64,000 bases of DNA from positions 62,001 to 126,000 of the IMG/VR virus record IMGVR_UViG_3300030085_002431. One strand, written 5' to 3'. The notes under the pieces were generated by a model that worked only from the letters and a program-made list of their open reading frames with translations, searched no databases and was not told the DNA's origin. Below are positions 20,771 to 31,438 of the stretch, piece by piece; within the stretch, counting starts at the first letter, position 1, and each line of letters begins with the position of its first letter. The position numbers and the translations under genes were made by a program.

Positions 20771-21013
20771 ATGATTATCAAACCACTGGACACTGAAAGG
20801 TCGCCTAATGCGATTGAGATTACAACGTCTAAGCTCGTTAGACTGGTAAATAAGCACGCTACTGATTCCTCTCTAATTGCAATTGCAAATGCAACTGCTG
20901 CTGAGTTTACCCTTTTACCATTATCTAGTGAGATTGTTGAGAAAGAAATCGGTGCAGTAATTACTGCTTCTGGTGGTACTGTTTTAGCAACTCCAGTAGC
21001 ATTTACGAATTAA
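20771..21013 (+). CDS. Hypothetical protein in the head module
   Basis: 80-aa ORF with TAAATA at 20741. Confidence 0.55.
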   Translation: MIIKPLDTERSPNAIEITTSKLVRLVNKHATDSSLIAIANATAAEFTLLPLSSEIVEKEIGAVITASGGTVLATPVAFTN

Positions 21014-21017
21014 TCCA

Positions 21018-21668
21018 ATGAAATTAATTACCGAAGAAATCGAAAAGGTTGAACTTATTGTCGAAGAAAAGAACGGCAAGAAGAACCTGTTTATTGAGGG
21101 TATTTTCCTTCAGGCAAATAAGCCTAACAGAAACAAAAGACTCTATGAGATGAACATCCTAGAGAAAGAAGTTAAGCGTTACAACGAAAACTTCGTTCAA
21201 AAGGGTCGTGCTCTTGGAGAACTTGGTCACCCCGATGGACCTACTGTCAATCTAGACAGAGTATCTCACAAGATTACCATGCTTGAGAGAAAGGGTGATA
21301 ATTTTGTTGGAAAAGCAAAAATCCTAGAAACCCCAATGGGTAAGATTGCATCTAATCTTTTAAGTGAAGGTGTATCTTTAGGTGTGTCTTCCCGTGGTGT
21401 TGGTTCACTAAAACCAACATCTGAAGGTTATTCCTTAGTTGGTGAAGACTTCATGCTAGCAACTGCTGCTGACATCGTTGCTGATCCTTCTGCACCTGAT
21501 GCATTTGTTCAGGGTGTTATGGAAGGAAAAGAATGGGTGTGGGACGGGGGAATCCTCCGTGAGCAACTAGCAGAGAAAACTTATAAGAGAATAAATACTC
21601 TAGTTGACCAGAAGGTACTAGACGAGCATAAGCTCAATTTATTCCAAGAGTTCCTTTCAAATCTATAA
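21018..21668 (+). CDS. gp21: Prohead protease gp21
   Basis: MKLITEE, ALGELGHP, GVSSRGVGSL, DIVADPSAPDAFV. Confidence 0.97.
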   Translation: MKLITEEIEKVELIVEEKNGKKNLFIEGIFLQANKPNRNKRLYEMNILEKEVKRYNENFVQKGRALGELGHPDGPTVNLDRVSHKITMLERKGDNFVGKAKILETPMGKIASNLLSEGVSLGVSSRGVGSLKPTSEGYSLVGEDFMLATAADIVADPSAPDAFVQGVMEGKEWVWDGGILREQLAEKTYKRINTLVDQKVLDEHKLNLFQEFLSNL

Positions 21669-21723
21669 CTAATAAATAAATATAGATTAAGTATAATATA
21701 GTCTAAAATTTCGGAGAGTTCAA

Positions 21724-22890
21724 ATGTCCCGTGGTAACGATTTACAGGAAATGGAAGTAGGCACAGCACAATCCAAATCTGCCGTTAATGCAGGTGCTAA
21801 GCCAGCAGAAGGTATGCCAGCAGCAGGTTCTAATGCTTCTGGTGTATCTACTCCTGGTCAAAGCCCTTCCTACGAAGATCTAGGTGGTCCATCACCAGAT
21901 AACTATAAGCCTGATGACGATTCAGCAAAGCTGAAGACTCCAGGTGCTTCCTTGTCCCAGGTAAAAGACGTAGTTAATGCAAAGGCAAAGCCTGCAGATG
22001 CTATGAAGTCTATGGCAAGAGAAGAAGTAGAAGCAGAAGAGGAAGCAATCTCTGAAGAGGAAGTAACTACTGATGAAGTAGTTGCTGAATCTGAAGAGGC
22101 AACCGAAGAGACCATTTCTGAGGAAGAAGTAGAGTCCGAAGCAGTTGCATCTATCGAAGAAGCAATTGAAGAAGATGTAAACGCACTTCTTTCTGGTGAA
22201 GAACTCTCCGAAGAGTTCCGTGACAAGGCAAAGACAATCTTTGAGGCAGCAATCAATGCTCGCACTCAACAGATTGAAGAAGCAGTTGCGGCACATTATG
22301 AAGCACAGTTCAACGAGCAAGTCGAAGAACTGAATGAATCACTGACTGCACGTCTTGATTCATATCTTGAGTATGTTGCTGAAGAGTGGTTCCAAGAGAA
22401 CGCACTCGCAGTTGAAAAAGGAATCCAAGCTCAGGCAACTGAGTCATTCCTATCTGGCCTGAAGGGCCTTTTTGAAGAACATTATGTATCAATCCCTGAA
22501 GAGAAATATGATGTGCTTGAGAGCATGGTAGAAAAACTTGATGAAATGGAGTCAAAACTCAACGAGCAAATCGATAAGAACGTTGCTCTAAACAAGAGAT
22601 TGGCAGAATCAGTAACCGACGTAATCTTTGCAGAGGTTTCTGAAGGACTAGCTCTTTCCCAAAAGGAAAAGCTTGCTACTCTCGCAGAAAATGTTGAGTT
22701 TGGTAGTGAACAGGACTATCGTGAGAAACTAGTAACTTTGAAGGAATCATACTTCTCTTCAAATACAGTTACTCAGAGAGATTCTCAAGATTATATTGCT
22801 GAAGAAACTACCACTTTAAACGAGCAAGTCGATGTAACTGGCTCAATGGGTATGTATCTAGAAGCACTACAGAGAGTTTCTAAAAAGTGA
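21724..22890 (+). CDS. gp22: Prohead scaffolding protein gp22
   Basis: Acidic coiled coil; LSEEF..KAKTIFEAA, YLEYVAEEW; sits between gp21 and gp23. Confidence 0.95.
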   Translation: MSRGNDLQEMEVGTAQSKSAVNAGAKPAEGMPAAGSNASGVSTPGQSPSYEDLGGPSPDNYKPDDDSAKLKTPGASLSQVKDVVNAKAKPADAMKSMAREEVEAEEEAISEEEVTTDEVVAESEEATEETISEEEVESEAVASIEEAIEEDVNALLSGEELSEEFRDKAKTIFEAAINARTQQIEEAVAAHYEAQFNEQVEELNESLTARLDSYLEYVAEEWFQENALAVEKGIQAQATESFLSGLKGLFEEHYVSIPEEKYDVLESMVEKLDEMESKLNEQIDKNVALNKRLAESVTDVIFAEVSEGLALSQKEKLATLAENVEFGSEQDYREKLVTLKESYFSSNTVTQRDSQDYIAEETTTLNEQVDVTGSMGMYLEALQRVSKK

Positions 22891-22934
22891 TTTTTAGATA
22901 ATAATCAAACTTAAATTTTCCGAGGACAACTAAA

Positions 22935-24332
22935 ATGCAAATGTTCAATGCTGAACAACTGCAGGAAAAGTGGGCACCTCTCCTAGACTACAACGGTCTA
23001 GGTGAAATCAAGGATTCCCACAGAAGAGCAGTTACTGCTATCCTGCTAGAGAACCAAGAGAAGGCACTCCGTGAAGAGCGTGAGTTCCTCTACGAGACTC
23101 CAACCGTAAATACTGACCCAGGTGCATCAGGTAATGCTGGCTTCTCTGGTGCAGCAGCTCCAGGTGGTCCAGTTGCAGGTTTCGACCCTGTTCTGATCTC
23201 CCTAATCCGTCGTTCAATGCCTAACTTGGTCGCATATGACCTAGCAGGCGTCCAACCAATGAACGCACCAACAGGACTCATCTTTGCGATGCGTTCTAAG
23301 TATGTCGATCAAAACGGTGCAGAAGCACTATTCGACGAAGCAGATACCGCATTCGCAGGACAGAATGCTGGTAAGGGCCTCTCCGCAGGTATGACCAACT
23401 CTGCAGTTGGTTTCGGTACTACCTCCCAGGACGGCACCAACCCAGGTCTGCTTAACCCAACCGCTACCTCAACCGACACCTATAACGTTGGTCAGGGTAT
23501 GTCAACTGCTGAAGCAGAAGGACTTGATGGTTCTGGCTCAGCAGCGTTCAACGAGATGGCATTCTCAATCGAGAAAGTCACCGTAACCGCAAAGTCAAGA
23601 GCACTCAAAGCTGAGTACTCACTAGAACTCGCACAAGACCTCAAGGCAATCCATGGTCTGAATGCTGAGGCTGAACTCGCAAACATTCTCTCCACAGAGA
23701 TTCTTGCTGAGATCAACCGTGAAGTCATCAGAACCATCTACAAGATTGCTGAGCAGGGTGCAACCCTCAACACAGCAAATGCAGGTGTATTCGACCTCGA
23801 CGTTGACTCCAACGGCAGATGGTCAGTTGAGAAGTTCAAGGGACTTATCTTCCAAATCGAGAGAGATGCGAACCAAATCGCACAAAGAACTCGTAGAGGA
23901 AAGGGTAACATGATCCTCTGCTCCGCAGACGTTGCATCAGCACTTACCCACGCAGGTCTTCTTGACTACACCCCTGCACTCAACGCAAACCTCAACGTTG
24001 ACGATGCTGGTAACACCTTCGCAGGTGTTCTCAACGGTCGTTACAGAGTATACATTGACCCATATGCTGCTAATAACAGCCAGGATCAATACTACGTTGT
24101 TGGTTATAAGGGTTCTTCACCTTACGACGCAGGTCTGTTCTATTGCCCATACGTACCTCTCCAGATGGTCCGTGCAGTTGGTGAGAACAGCTTCCAGCCC
24201 AAGATTGGCTTCAAGACTCGTTACGGCATTGTTGCAAACCCCTTCGCAGAAGGAACCAATGCTGGTCTTGGCCGTCTCGAGCGCAACTCCAACCGTTACT
24301 ACAGAAGAGTCAAGGTCGCAAACCTCATGTGA
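22935..24332 (+). CDS. gp23: Major capsid protein gp23
   Basis: GVQPMNAPTGLIFAMRS, KSRALKAEYSLELAQDLKAIHG, FQPKIGFKTRYG. Confidence 0.99.
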   Translation: MQMFNAEQLQEKWAPLLDYNGLGEIKDSHRRAVTAILLENQEKALREEREFLYETPTVNTDPGASGNAGFSGAAAPGGPVAGFDPVLISLIRRSMPNLVAYDLAGVQPMNAPTGLIFAMRSKYVDQNGAEALFDEADTAFAGQNAGKGLSAGMTNSAVGFGTTSQDGTNPGLLNPTATSTDTYNVGQGMSTAEAEGLDGSGSAAFNEMAFSIEKVTVTAKSRALKAEYSLELAQDLKAIHGLNAEAELANILSTEILAEINREVIRTIYKIAEQGATLNTANAGVFDLDVDSNGRWSVEKFKGLIFQIERDANQIAQRTRRGKGNMILCSADVASALTHAGLLDYTPALNANLNVDDAGNTFAGVLNGRYRVYIDPYAANNSQDQYYVVGYKGSSPYDAGLFYCPYVPLQMVRAVGENSFQPKIGFKTRYGIVANPFAEGTNAGLGRLERNSNRYYRRVKVANLM

Positions 24333-24352
24333 TTCTTTTTCACGGTTTTCTC

Positions 24353-24378
24353 AGAGGTCCTTCGGGACCTCTTTTTTT
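24353..24378 (+). terminator. Intrinsic terminator after gp23 (C-UUCG-G tetraloop)
   Basis: AGAGGTCC-TTCG-GGACCTCT followed by a T run. Confidence 0.9.
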
Positions 24379-24431
24379 ATGTCTAAATAGTGTCAGGAAC
24401 TTGCATATTATTCAAGGTGGCAGAAACAATA

Positions 24432-24968
24432 ATGCCTTTAGATAGGCAATTAGCAAATAGAAATTTCCTACAACCAACAGGGTTTAAGTTTACTCTGGGC
24501 AAGTATCCTAAGGTAGATTTCTTTTCTAATACTGCTCAAATTCCTTCAATAAACCTTGGAGTTGCATTCCAACCAACTTACCTAAAAGATATTCCCATCC
24601 CAGGTGATAAGTTAACTTACGACGACTTAACACTTAGCTTCTTAGTTGATGAGGACTTGGTTAACTACAGAATAGTTCATCAGTGGTTAGAGAGATTTGG
24701 TTATCCAGAATCTGTAGAACAGTATCAAGACCTTTTAGACTTAGAAGAAGGATTTACTAAAGGTAGGCAATTTGCAGAAGCAGGACAGAGTGATGGAACA
24801 CTCATAATCTATAACAGTAATTTTAATCCAGTTGCTTCTGTTGTTTTTACAGGATTGTTTCCTGTATCTCTATCAACAATTGAATTTGATGCTAAGGCAA
24901 CTGACGTTGAATATGTCACAGCATCAGTAACCTTTAAGTACACTCACTATACTATTACAAAATACTGA
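24432..24968 (+). CDS. gp3: Tail tube terminator / completion protein gp3
   Basis: NRNFLQPTGFKF, PGDKLTYDDL.L.FLVDE, FPVSLS; TAAATA at 24384; ATG at 24432 is in frame. Confidence 0.9.
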   Translation: MPLDRQLANRNFLQPTGFKFTLGKYPKVDFFSNTAQIPSINLGVAFQPTYLKDIPIPGDKLTYDDLTLSFLVDEDLVNYRIVHQWLERFGYPESVEQYQDLLDLEEGFTKGRQFAEAGQSDGTLIIYNSNFNPVASVVFTGLFPVSLSTIEFDAKATDVEYVTASVTFKYTHYTITKY

Positions 24969-24973
24969 TTGGT

Positions 24974-25402
24974 ATGAACCTTGATGAAATACAGGCGTCT
25001 TGGGCAGAGGATTCAAAACTCGACCCAGACAACTTACATAATGAGTCCATTAAAATTCCATCTTTACATTCAAAATACTACAATATCTACAACAATATAG
25101 TTCTCTTAAAGAAGATGGAGGAGAACAAGTATAAAATTTTAAAAAAGAAAAAGTGGTTGTATTACACAGGAAAAGCAGAACCTGACGTGTACAAAGAAAA
25201 CCCCTTTGACCATAAGGTCTTAAAACCAGATATTGATAAGTACATGGATGCAGACGAAGACATAATGCGTCTTGTATCCAAAATTGAATACTACCAAACG
25301 ATGTTGAGTTTTATCGATAGTATTCTCAAAACTATCTTAAATAGAACTTACCAGATTAAAAATGCGATTGAATTCATGAGATTCACTGCTGGTTATGACT
25401 AA
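24974..25402 (+). CDS. uvsY: Recombination mediator UvsY
   Basis: ESIKIPSLHSKY, WLYYTGKA, RTYQIKNAIEF. Confidence 0.93.
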   Translation: MNLDEIQASWAEDSKLDPDNLHNESIKIPSLHSKYYNIYNNIVLLKKMEENKYKILKKKKWLYYTGKAEPDVYKENPFDHKVLKPDIDKYMDADEDIMRLVSKIEYYQTMLSFIDSILKTILNRTYQIKNAIEFMRFTAGYD

Positions 25403-26858
25403 CTTAAAGATTAGAAAAAAGAACGAAGTCTATTTGACTATTGAAGCAGAACCTTTTGTCAAACAGGAACTGTGTGATTATTTCACTTTTGAAGTTCCTG
25501 GGGCAAAGTTTATGCCGCAGTATCGTAGTAAATATTGGGATGGAAAGATTAGATTATTCTCACCACACAATGGTGAAATTTATATTGGTTTATTAGATAA
25601 AGTTTGCTCTTGGGCAAAGAAATCTGGATTCACTGTAGAGTTTATTGATAACAAATTCTATGGAACACCCTTTGAGGTAAATGACCATATCTCTTATGAG
25701 GGTACGAAAGACTTTATGTCTAGACTTACCAGTTATCAACCTAGAGATTATCAAGTTGATGCAGTATATGATGCACTTAAGTACAATCGAAAACTAATTG
25801 TATCACCTACTGGTTCAGGTAAGTCATTGATGATTTACTCTGTAGTGAGATACTTTGCAGAAACGGATAGAAAGATTCTTCTAATTGTTCCTACTACTTC
25901 TCTTGTTGAACAAATGTTCAAAGACTTTGAGGACTATGGTTGGGATGCAGAATCTAACTGTCATAAAATTTATTCTGGTAGAGATAAAACATCTGGAAAG
26001 AGTGTAGTAATTACAACTTGGCAATCAATCTATAAACTTCCTAGGTCTTGGTTTGAACCATTTGATGTGGTTATTGGTGATGAAGCACACTTGTTTAAAT
26101 CAAAATCTTTAGTCAGTATCATGACTAAGATGGATAATGCAAAATATAGATTTGGTTTCACGGGAACACTTGATGGATCTCAAACTCACAAGTGGGTTCT
26201 AGAGGGGTTGTTTGGTCCTTCTTATAAAGTAACACAGACAAAGGACCTTATTGAGAAAGGTCATCTATCAAAACTTCAAATCAAAGTTCTTCTTCTTAAG
26301 CATGATGAACATCAGTTTGGTGAGTATGAAGATGAAATCCAATATATTATTGGTCATGAAAAAAGAAATAAGTTCATCAAAAATCTTACTGTTGATTTAA
26401 AGGGTAATAGTCTTGTTCTCTTCAATCGAGTTGAAACTCATGGGGAACCAATTTACAATTTGATAAATAACTCTGTAGAAGAGGGACGACAAGTATTCTT
26501 TGTCTATGGAGGAGTCCCTGCCCAGGAAAGAGAAAGAGTAAGAGAGATTACTGAGAAAGAAAATAATGCAATTATTGTTGCATCGTATGGAACTTTTTCT
26601 ACGGGGATTAACATCAAGAATCTACATAATGTAATTTTTGCATCACCATCTAAGTCTAGAGTCCGAAACCTACAGTCTATTGGTAGGGTACTTAGAAAGG
26701 GAGACAATAAGTCTCAAGCAGTTCTATATGATATTGCTGACGATATTACGTTTAAGTCAAGAAAAAACTACACACTCAATCACTTAATTGAGAGAATCAA
26801 AATTTATAACGAAGAAAATTTCAATTATGAGGTATTGCAGATTAATTTCAGAGGGTAA
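25395..26858 (+). CDS. uvsW: SF2 helicase UvsW
   Basis: SPTGSGKS, DEAH, GFTGT, QSIGRVLR. Confidence 0.97.
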   Translation: MTNLKIRKKNEVYLTIEAEPFVKQELCDYFTFEVPGAKFMPQYRSKYWDGKIRLFSPHNGEIYIGLLDKVCSWAKKSGFTVEFIDNKFYGTPFEVNDHISYEGTKDFMSRLTSYQPRDYQVDAVYDALKYNRKLIVSPTGSGKSLMIYSVVRYFAETDRKILLIVPTTSLVEQMFKDFEDYGWDAESNCHKIYSGRDKTSGKSVVITTWQSIYKLPRSWFEPFDVVIGDEAHLFKSKSLVSIMTKMDNAKYRFGFTGTLDGSQTHKWVLEGLFGPSYKVTQTKDLIEKGHLSKLQIKVLLLKHDEHQFGEYEDEIQYIIGHEKRNKFIKNLTVDLKGNSLVLFNRVETHGEPIYNLINNSVEEGRQVFFVYGGVPAQERERVREITEKENNAIIVASYGTFSTGINIKNLHNVIFASPSKSRVRNLQSIGRVLRKGDNKSQAVLYDIADDITFKSRKNYTLNHLIERIKIYNEENFNYEVLQINFRG

Positions 26859-26861
26859 AAA

Positions 26862-27278
26862 ATGGAAGAAGAATTTTACGCAGTTATTAAATTAATTTCA
26901 GGGGAAGAGATATTCTCAAAGGTTTGTCCCTGTGAAGAGGAAGATAGGACAATCTTGCTTTTAGATAATCCAGTTACTATTGAGACATTTAATATGAGAC
27001 AGATGGGAGTCTCTGGACTAAAGATTAACCCATGGATTAAATATACTGATGACTCAATGTTTGTTATGGACATGGATAGAGTTATTACTATGTCTGAAGT
27101 AACAGACGAAGAGATGCTCTTCATGTATGCTAAGTATATTAAAAAGAAAAATAAAAAACCCAGTGTCTCTAACAAACCATCAGAGAGTATGGGTTACTTA
27201 AAATCTATAACTGAAGCAAGAGTCTCCTTAGAAAAAATATTTAAAGAGTCTGGTGAAAAAGATCCTAAAGATACTTAA
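26862..27278 (+). CDS. Conserved hypothetical protein (Sm-like fold candidate)
   Basis: IKLISGEEIF...NP...PW pattern; position after uvsW. Confidence 0.65.
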   Translation: MEEEFYAVIKLISGEEIFSKVCPCEEEDRTILLLDNPVTIETFNMRQMGVSGLKINPWIKYTDDSMFVMDMDRVITMSEVTDEEMLFMYAKYIKKKNKKPSVSNKPSESMGYLKSITEARVSLEKIFKESGEKDPKDT

Positions 27279-27337
27279 TTAAATATATTATTAACCTTGA
27301 ACGTCTACAGACTCATTATACACATTATCATCAACCC

Positions 27338-27366
27338 TTGTCAACTAACTCTAAAAGATGTATACT
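27338..27366 (+). promoter_or_regulatory. Sigma70-type promoter upstream of gp55
   Basis: TTGTCA-N17-TATACT. Confidence 0.6.
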
Positions 27367-27389
27367 CTTTACAGAAATCAAAATAATTA

Positions 27390-27860
27390 ATGGTTAGAGA
27401 ACGTAAAAATCCTCACTATGTGAATAATAAAGATTTCCATCTTGCTCTCATTGAGTATAAGAAGAAAGTCGAACATGCAAAAGAGAATGGACTAGAACCA
27501 CCTAGAATTACAAACTATTTGGGTGATTGTTTTCTAAAGATTGCTACTCACCTGTCTTATCGTCCTAATTTTGTGAACTATATGTTCCGTGAAGACATGA
27601 TTAGTGATGGTGTAGAGAACTGTGTTCATTATATTAATAATTTCAACACAGAAAGAACTAATCCGTTTGCTTACTTCACTCAGATTGTTTACTATGCATT
27701 TCTGAGAAGAATCCATAAAGAGAAGAAGCAGATGGAGATTAAAGAAAAGATTATTGAGAAGTCGGGTTACGACGAAGTATTCTCTGTGGATGGTGACAAT
27801 TACAACTCCTCGGATTATAATACTATTAAGGACAATATCCAGATTAAACTTTATCAATGA
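27390..27860 (+). CDS. gp55: Late-transcription sigma factor gp55
   Basis: HYVNNKDF, IATHLSYRPNFVNY, NPFAYFTQI.YYAFLRRI.KEKKQ. Confidence 0.96.
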   Translation: MVRERKNPHYVNNKDFHLALIEYKKKVEHAKENGLEPPRITNYLGDCFLKIATHLSYRPNFVNYMFREDMISDGVENCVHYINNFNTERTNPFAYFTQIVYYAFLRRIHKEKKQMEIKEKIIEKSGYDEVFSVDGDNYNSSDYNTIKDNIQIKLYQ

Positions 27861-28894
27861 AGATTGCCTTAATTACTGATACTCACTATAACTTCAAAAA
27901 AGCAAATAAAAATTTTCATGATTACTTTGAGAAGTTCTATGAAGATATCTTTTTTCCTTATCTAAAAGAACACGATATCAAACATTGTATTCACTTGGGG
28001 GATGCTTTTGATAATCGGAAAGGAGTAGACTACTGGGCACTTGATTGGGCAAAGAAGAATGTATATGATAAGTTTTTAGAATTAGGAGTTAATGTTTTTA
28101 GTATCTGTGGGAATCATGATACTTATTATAAGAATACTAATTCTGTAAATTCTATTGACATTCTTCTGAACGAATATTTTAATGTCGTAAAAATTTCTTC
28201 TCCCAAAGAAGTCAAGGTTGGTGACCTGGATTTTGTCATGCTTCCTTGGATTAATGCTGATAATCAAGAGGAAACTTTTGAGTTATTGGAGACTAGTAGA
28301 AACAAGTTTGTTTGTGGTCATCTTGAACTGAGTGGATTCCCAGTTTTTCCTGGGCAAGACCAAATCCGTGGTATGGATAAGGAAGTATTCTCTAAGTTTA
28401 CTAGAGTATTTTCTGGTCACTATCACACTCGCAGTAATGATGGCAAGATTTTCTATCTTGGTAATCCATATCAAATGTTCTGGAATGATTGGAATGATGT
28501 GAGGGGTTTTAATATTTTTGATACAGAAACCCTACAGTTAGAGCATATTCCCAATCCATACACTATCTTTGAAAAGATATACTATGATGATTACACTGAG
28601 ATTGGTGACCTTGACATTGAAAACAAGTTCGTTAAACTTATCGTAAAGAGTAAAAAAAATCAAAAAAACTACGACAAGTTTTTAGATGAACTGTTGTCTA
28701 GAAAACCACTAGACGTAAAGATATCTGAAATCCTCGATGTTGATGATACTAATTTCCAATATCAGGAGTCTGATGTTGAAGATACTCTTACAACACTAAA
28801 CTCATACATAGAAGAGTCTGAATTTGATTTGGATAAAAAAATCGCAAAACAAATTATAAAAGATGTTTATCTTGAAGCAATGGAGATTGAGTAG
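27857..28894 (+). CDS. gp47: Recombination endonuclease subunit gp47 (Mre11/SbcD-like)
   Basis: DTH, HLGD.FD, GNHD, GHLE, SGHYH metallophosphoesterase motifs. Confidence 0.96.
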   Translation: MKIALITDTHYNFKKANKNFHDYFEKFYEDIFFPYLKEHDIKHCIHLGDAFDNRKGVDYWALDWAKKNVYDKFLELGVNVFSICGNHDTYYKNTNSVNSIDILLNEYFNVVKISSPKEVKVGDLDFVMLPWINADNQEETFELLETSRNKFVCGHLELSGFPVFPGQDQIRGMDKEVFSKFTRVFSGHYHTRSNDGKIFYLGNPYQMFWNDWNDVRGFNIFDTETLQLEHIPNPYTIFEKIYYDDYTEIGDLDIENKFVKLIVKSKKNQKNYDKFLDELLSRKPLDVKISEILDVDDTNFQYQESDVEDTLTTLNSYIEESEFDLDKKIAKQIIKDVYLEAMEIE

Positions 28895-29391
28895 TGAAAG
28901 TAATTGATAATTATCTTCCAGAACAATACATGGATGAACTGATTAGTATCATTTGTTCGGATGAGTTTCAGGCATGGTCTTTTTGTCCTAGAGTTGCTTC
29001 TGGGGATGAAAAAATCAGTAATAACAATTATTACTTCATACATAAAATCTATCAAGATTATTCTCCAATGTCATTCTTATGGGGAAAACTTGAACCCTTT
29101 GTAAAAGAACTTGCACCAGATGCTGTCATACGAGCAAGAGTGTTGATGTACAGTAATGTTGGAGAATTTATTGAGCATGAACCACACATAGACTTTCCTT
29201 ATTCCCATACTGCCGCATTACTGTATTTGAATACAAATAATGGATATACTGGGTTCGTTGATGGAACTAAAGTAGAATCTAAAAGAAATAGACTATTGCT
29301 ATTTGATGGTTCTGTACCACATCACAGTACTACTTGTACTGATGAACAATCAAGATATGTTTTGTCTATGAACTACTTAAGACAAGAATAA
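28894..29391 (+). CDS. 2OG-Fe(II) oxygenase-like protein
   Basis: PHID (HxD), LYLNTNNGYT, NRLLLFDG..PH, distal R. Confidence 0.8.
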   Translation: MKVIDNYLPEQYMDELISIICSDEFQAWSFCPRVASGDEKISNNNYYFIHKIYQDYSPMSFLWGKLEPFVKELAPDAVIRARVLMYSNVGEFIEHEPHIDFPYSHTAALLYLNTNNGYTGFVDGTKVESKRNRLLLFDGSVPHHSTTCTDEQSRYVLSMNYLRQE

Positions 29392-29417
29392 ATAAAGACA
29401 AGATTGCTTGTAGAAAT

Positions 29418-29702
29418 ATGTTTATACTAGCACTCAAAGATGATTCCGATGAAGGAGCATATGCTGTCCAGAATGATGATGGAGAGCAGGTTGTTTACTT
29501 TTTTGAGGATGAAGATGATGCCATTCGTTATAATGGGTTACTAGAAGCAGAGGATTATCCAGAGATGGGTATCGTCGAGGTTGACCCAGAGGTTGCTGTG
29601 AAAACATGTGACATGTATGACTACAAGTATGCTATAATAACAACTAATGACTTTGTGATACCACCAAGAGATGATTATATTCCAGAAGATTCGGTTTCGT
29701 AA
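29418..29702 (+). CDS. Conserved acidic cyanophage hypothetical protein
   Basis: EGAYAV...FEDEDDAIRY...DFVIPP; lies between gp47 and gp46. Confidence 0.65.
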   Translation: MFILALKDDSDEGAYAVQNDDGEQVVYFFEDEDDAIRYNGLLEAEDYPEMGIVEVDPEVAVKTCDMYDYKYAIITTNDFVIPPRDDYIPEDSVS

Positions 29703-31386
29703 CTTCCTTTCAACAGGCAATAATTTCACGGAACTAAATTTTCTAGACAATAAAACAACACTTATAATGGGAGCAAACGGGAGTGGAAAATCTACCCTCC
29801 TAGATGCTCTCTGTTTTGTTTTATTTAATAAAGCATTCCGTAAGATTACTAAGGGACAATTAGTAAACTCAACTAATGAAAAAGATTCTGTTGTAGAGAT
29901 TGAATTTGAGACAGCAGGATATCAATGGAAAATACGAAGAGGTATAAAACCAGCAATATTTGAAATTTATAAGAATGATGTAGTGATGGACCAACTTGCA
30001 TCTGCTGCAGACCAGCAGAATTGGTTGGAGAAAAATGTTCTTAAGTTGAATTATAAGTCGTTTACTCAGATTGTTATCTTGGGTAGTGCATCTTTTGTGC
30101 CATTTATGCAACTGTCTACATCACACCGTAGAGAGATTGTAGAGGACCTCCTAGACATCAAAGTTTTCTCTTCTATGAACACTCTCTTAAAGGAGAAAAT
30201 TAAACTCCTCAGAGACAAGCAGAAGGATATTGAGATGAAGAGGGAATCAACGTTTGAAAAGATAGAAATGCAGGAGAGTTTTATTAAGACTCTTGAGACT
30301 AATACTGCATTAGAAGTTGAGGAGAAGACTAAACAAATTGAAAAAATAGATGAATCGATTCACGAAACAAGAGTATTAGTTGGACAGATTAATAAAACCT
30401 TGATGAATGAACTTCAACCAAAGCTTGATGAGTTCTCTAATGCTAGTGCTAAGATTCGTAAGTTAGAAAATCTTAAAATAAAAATTGAAGAGAAGGTATA
30501 TTCCGAAACACAATTACTAGACTTTTTTGAAAATAATACGGTATGCCCTACATGCACTCAAAGTATTGAAGATGGGTTGAGGTTAAATAAAGTTAGGGAC
30601 CATCACGATACTATTTCTGAACTGAGAGACGGTCTCATGGACATGCACAAAACTCTTCTAAAGGAAGAGGAAAGGCAGTCTGAGTTTGTCCAATTAAGTA
30701 AGGAGATTACTAAACTCAACAATGACGTTTCTAACCACAATCTTGAAGTTAGCCAAAACCAGAAACGAAAGGGAGAACTGGAACTTGAAGTTCAAAGACT
30801 TACCAGAAAAAATGAAGACAAAAGTGTTGAGCAAAGTGTCCTAGCAAAGTTAAAAAAACAACTGAATAAACTCGACCATGATAGGTCCAAATATAGAGAA
30901 CTCCATTCCTATTATGCCTTCACTCAGAACCTCCTGAAAGATGGAGGGGTGAAGGCTAAAATCATTCAGAAATACTTACCATTGATGAATCAGCAGATTA
31001 ATAAGTATCTGCAGATGATGGACTTTTACATTAACTTCACTCTTGATGAAGAGTTCAATGAAGATATAAAGTCTGCTGTTCATGAAGATTTTTCATATGC
31101 CTCTTTTAGTGAGGGTGAAAAAATGAGAATCAACCTTGCTCTTCTGTTTACATGGAGAGAGATTGCAAGGATGAAGAACTCAGTAAGAACAAATCTACTC
31201 ATTCTTGATGAGGTATTTGATAGTTCCCTCGATGGTGCGGGAATTGATTACTTCAGTAAGATTATTAGATATACGATTGATGATGCAAATATTGTTGTCA
31301 TTTCACACAAAACAGATGAACTTATTGACCTGTTTGAAAACGTGATAAAGGTAGAGAAGGTCAAGGGTTTCAGCAAAATGACTTGA
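29671..31386 (+). CDS. gp46: Recombination endonuclease ATPase subunit gp46 (Rad50/SbcC-like)
   Basis: GANGSGKST, CPTC zinc hook, FSEGEK signature, LILDEVFD. Confidence 0.97.
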   Translation: MIIFQKIRFRNFLSTGNNFTELNFLDNKTTLIMGANGSGKSTLLDALCFVLFNKAFRKITKGQLVNSTNEKDSVVEIEFETAGYQWKIRRGIKPAIFEIYKNDVVMDQLASAADQQNWLEKNVLKLNYKSFTQIVILGSASFVPFMQLSTSHRREIVEDLLDIKVFSSMNTLLKEKIKLLRDKQKDIEMKRESTFEKIEMQESFIKTLETNTALEVEEKTKQIEKIDESIHETRVLVGQINKTLMNELQPKLDEFSNASAKIRKLENLKIKIEEKVYSETQLLDFFENNTVCPTCTQSIEDGLRLNKVRDHHDTISELRDGLMDMHKTLLKEEERQSEFVQLSKEITKLNNDVSNHNLEVSQNQKRKGELELEVQRLTRKNEDKSVEQSVLAKLKKQLNKLDHDRSKYRELHSYYAFTQNLLKDGGVKAKIIQKYLPLMNQQINKYLQMMDFYINFTLDEEFNEDIKSAVHEDFSYASFSEGEKMRINLALLFTWREIARMKNSVRTNLLILDEVFDSSLDGAGIDYFSKIIRYTIDDANIVVISHKTDELIDLFENVIKVEKVKGFSKMT

Positions 31387-31411
31387 CTAAAACGTGGGTA
31401 GTCGATATACT
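31383..31411 (+). promoter_or_regulatory. Sigma70-type promoter
   Basis: TTGACT-N17-TATACT. Confidence 0.7.
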
Positions 31412-31438
31412 GATATTGGCTACCTATTTCTTTTTATT

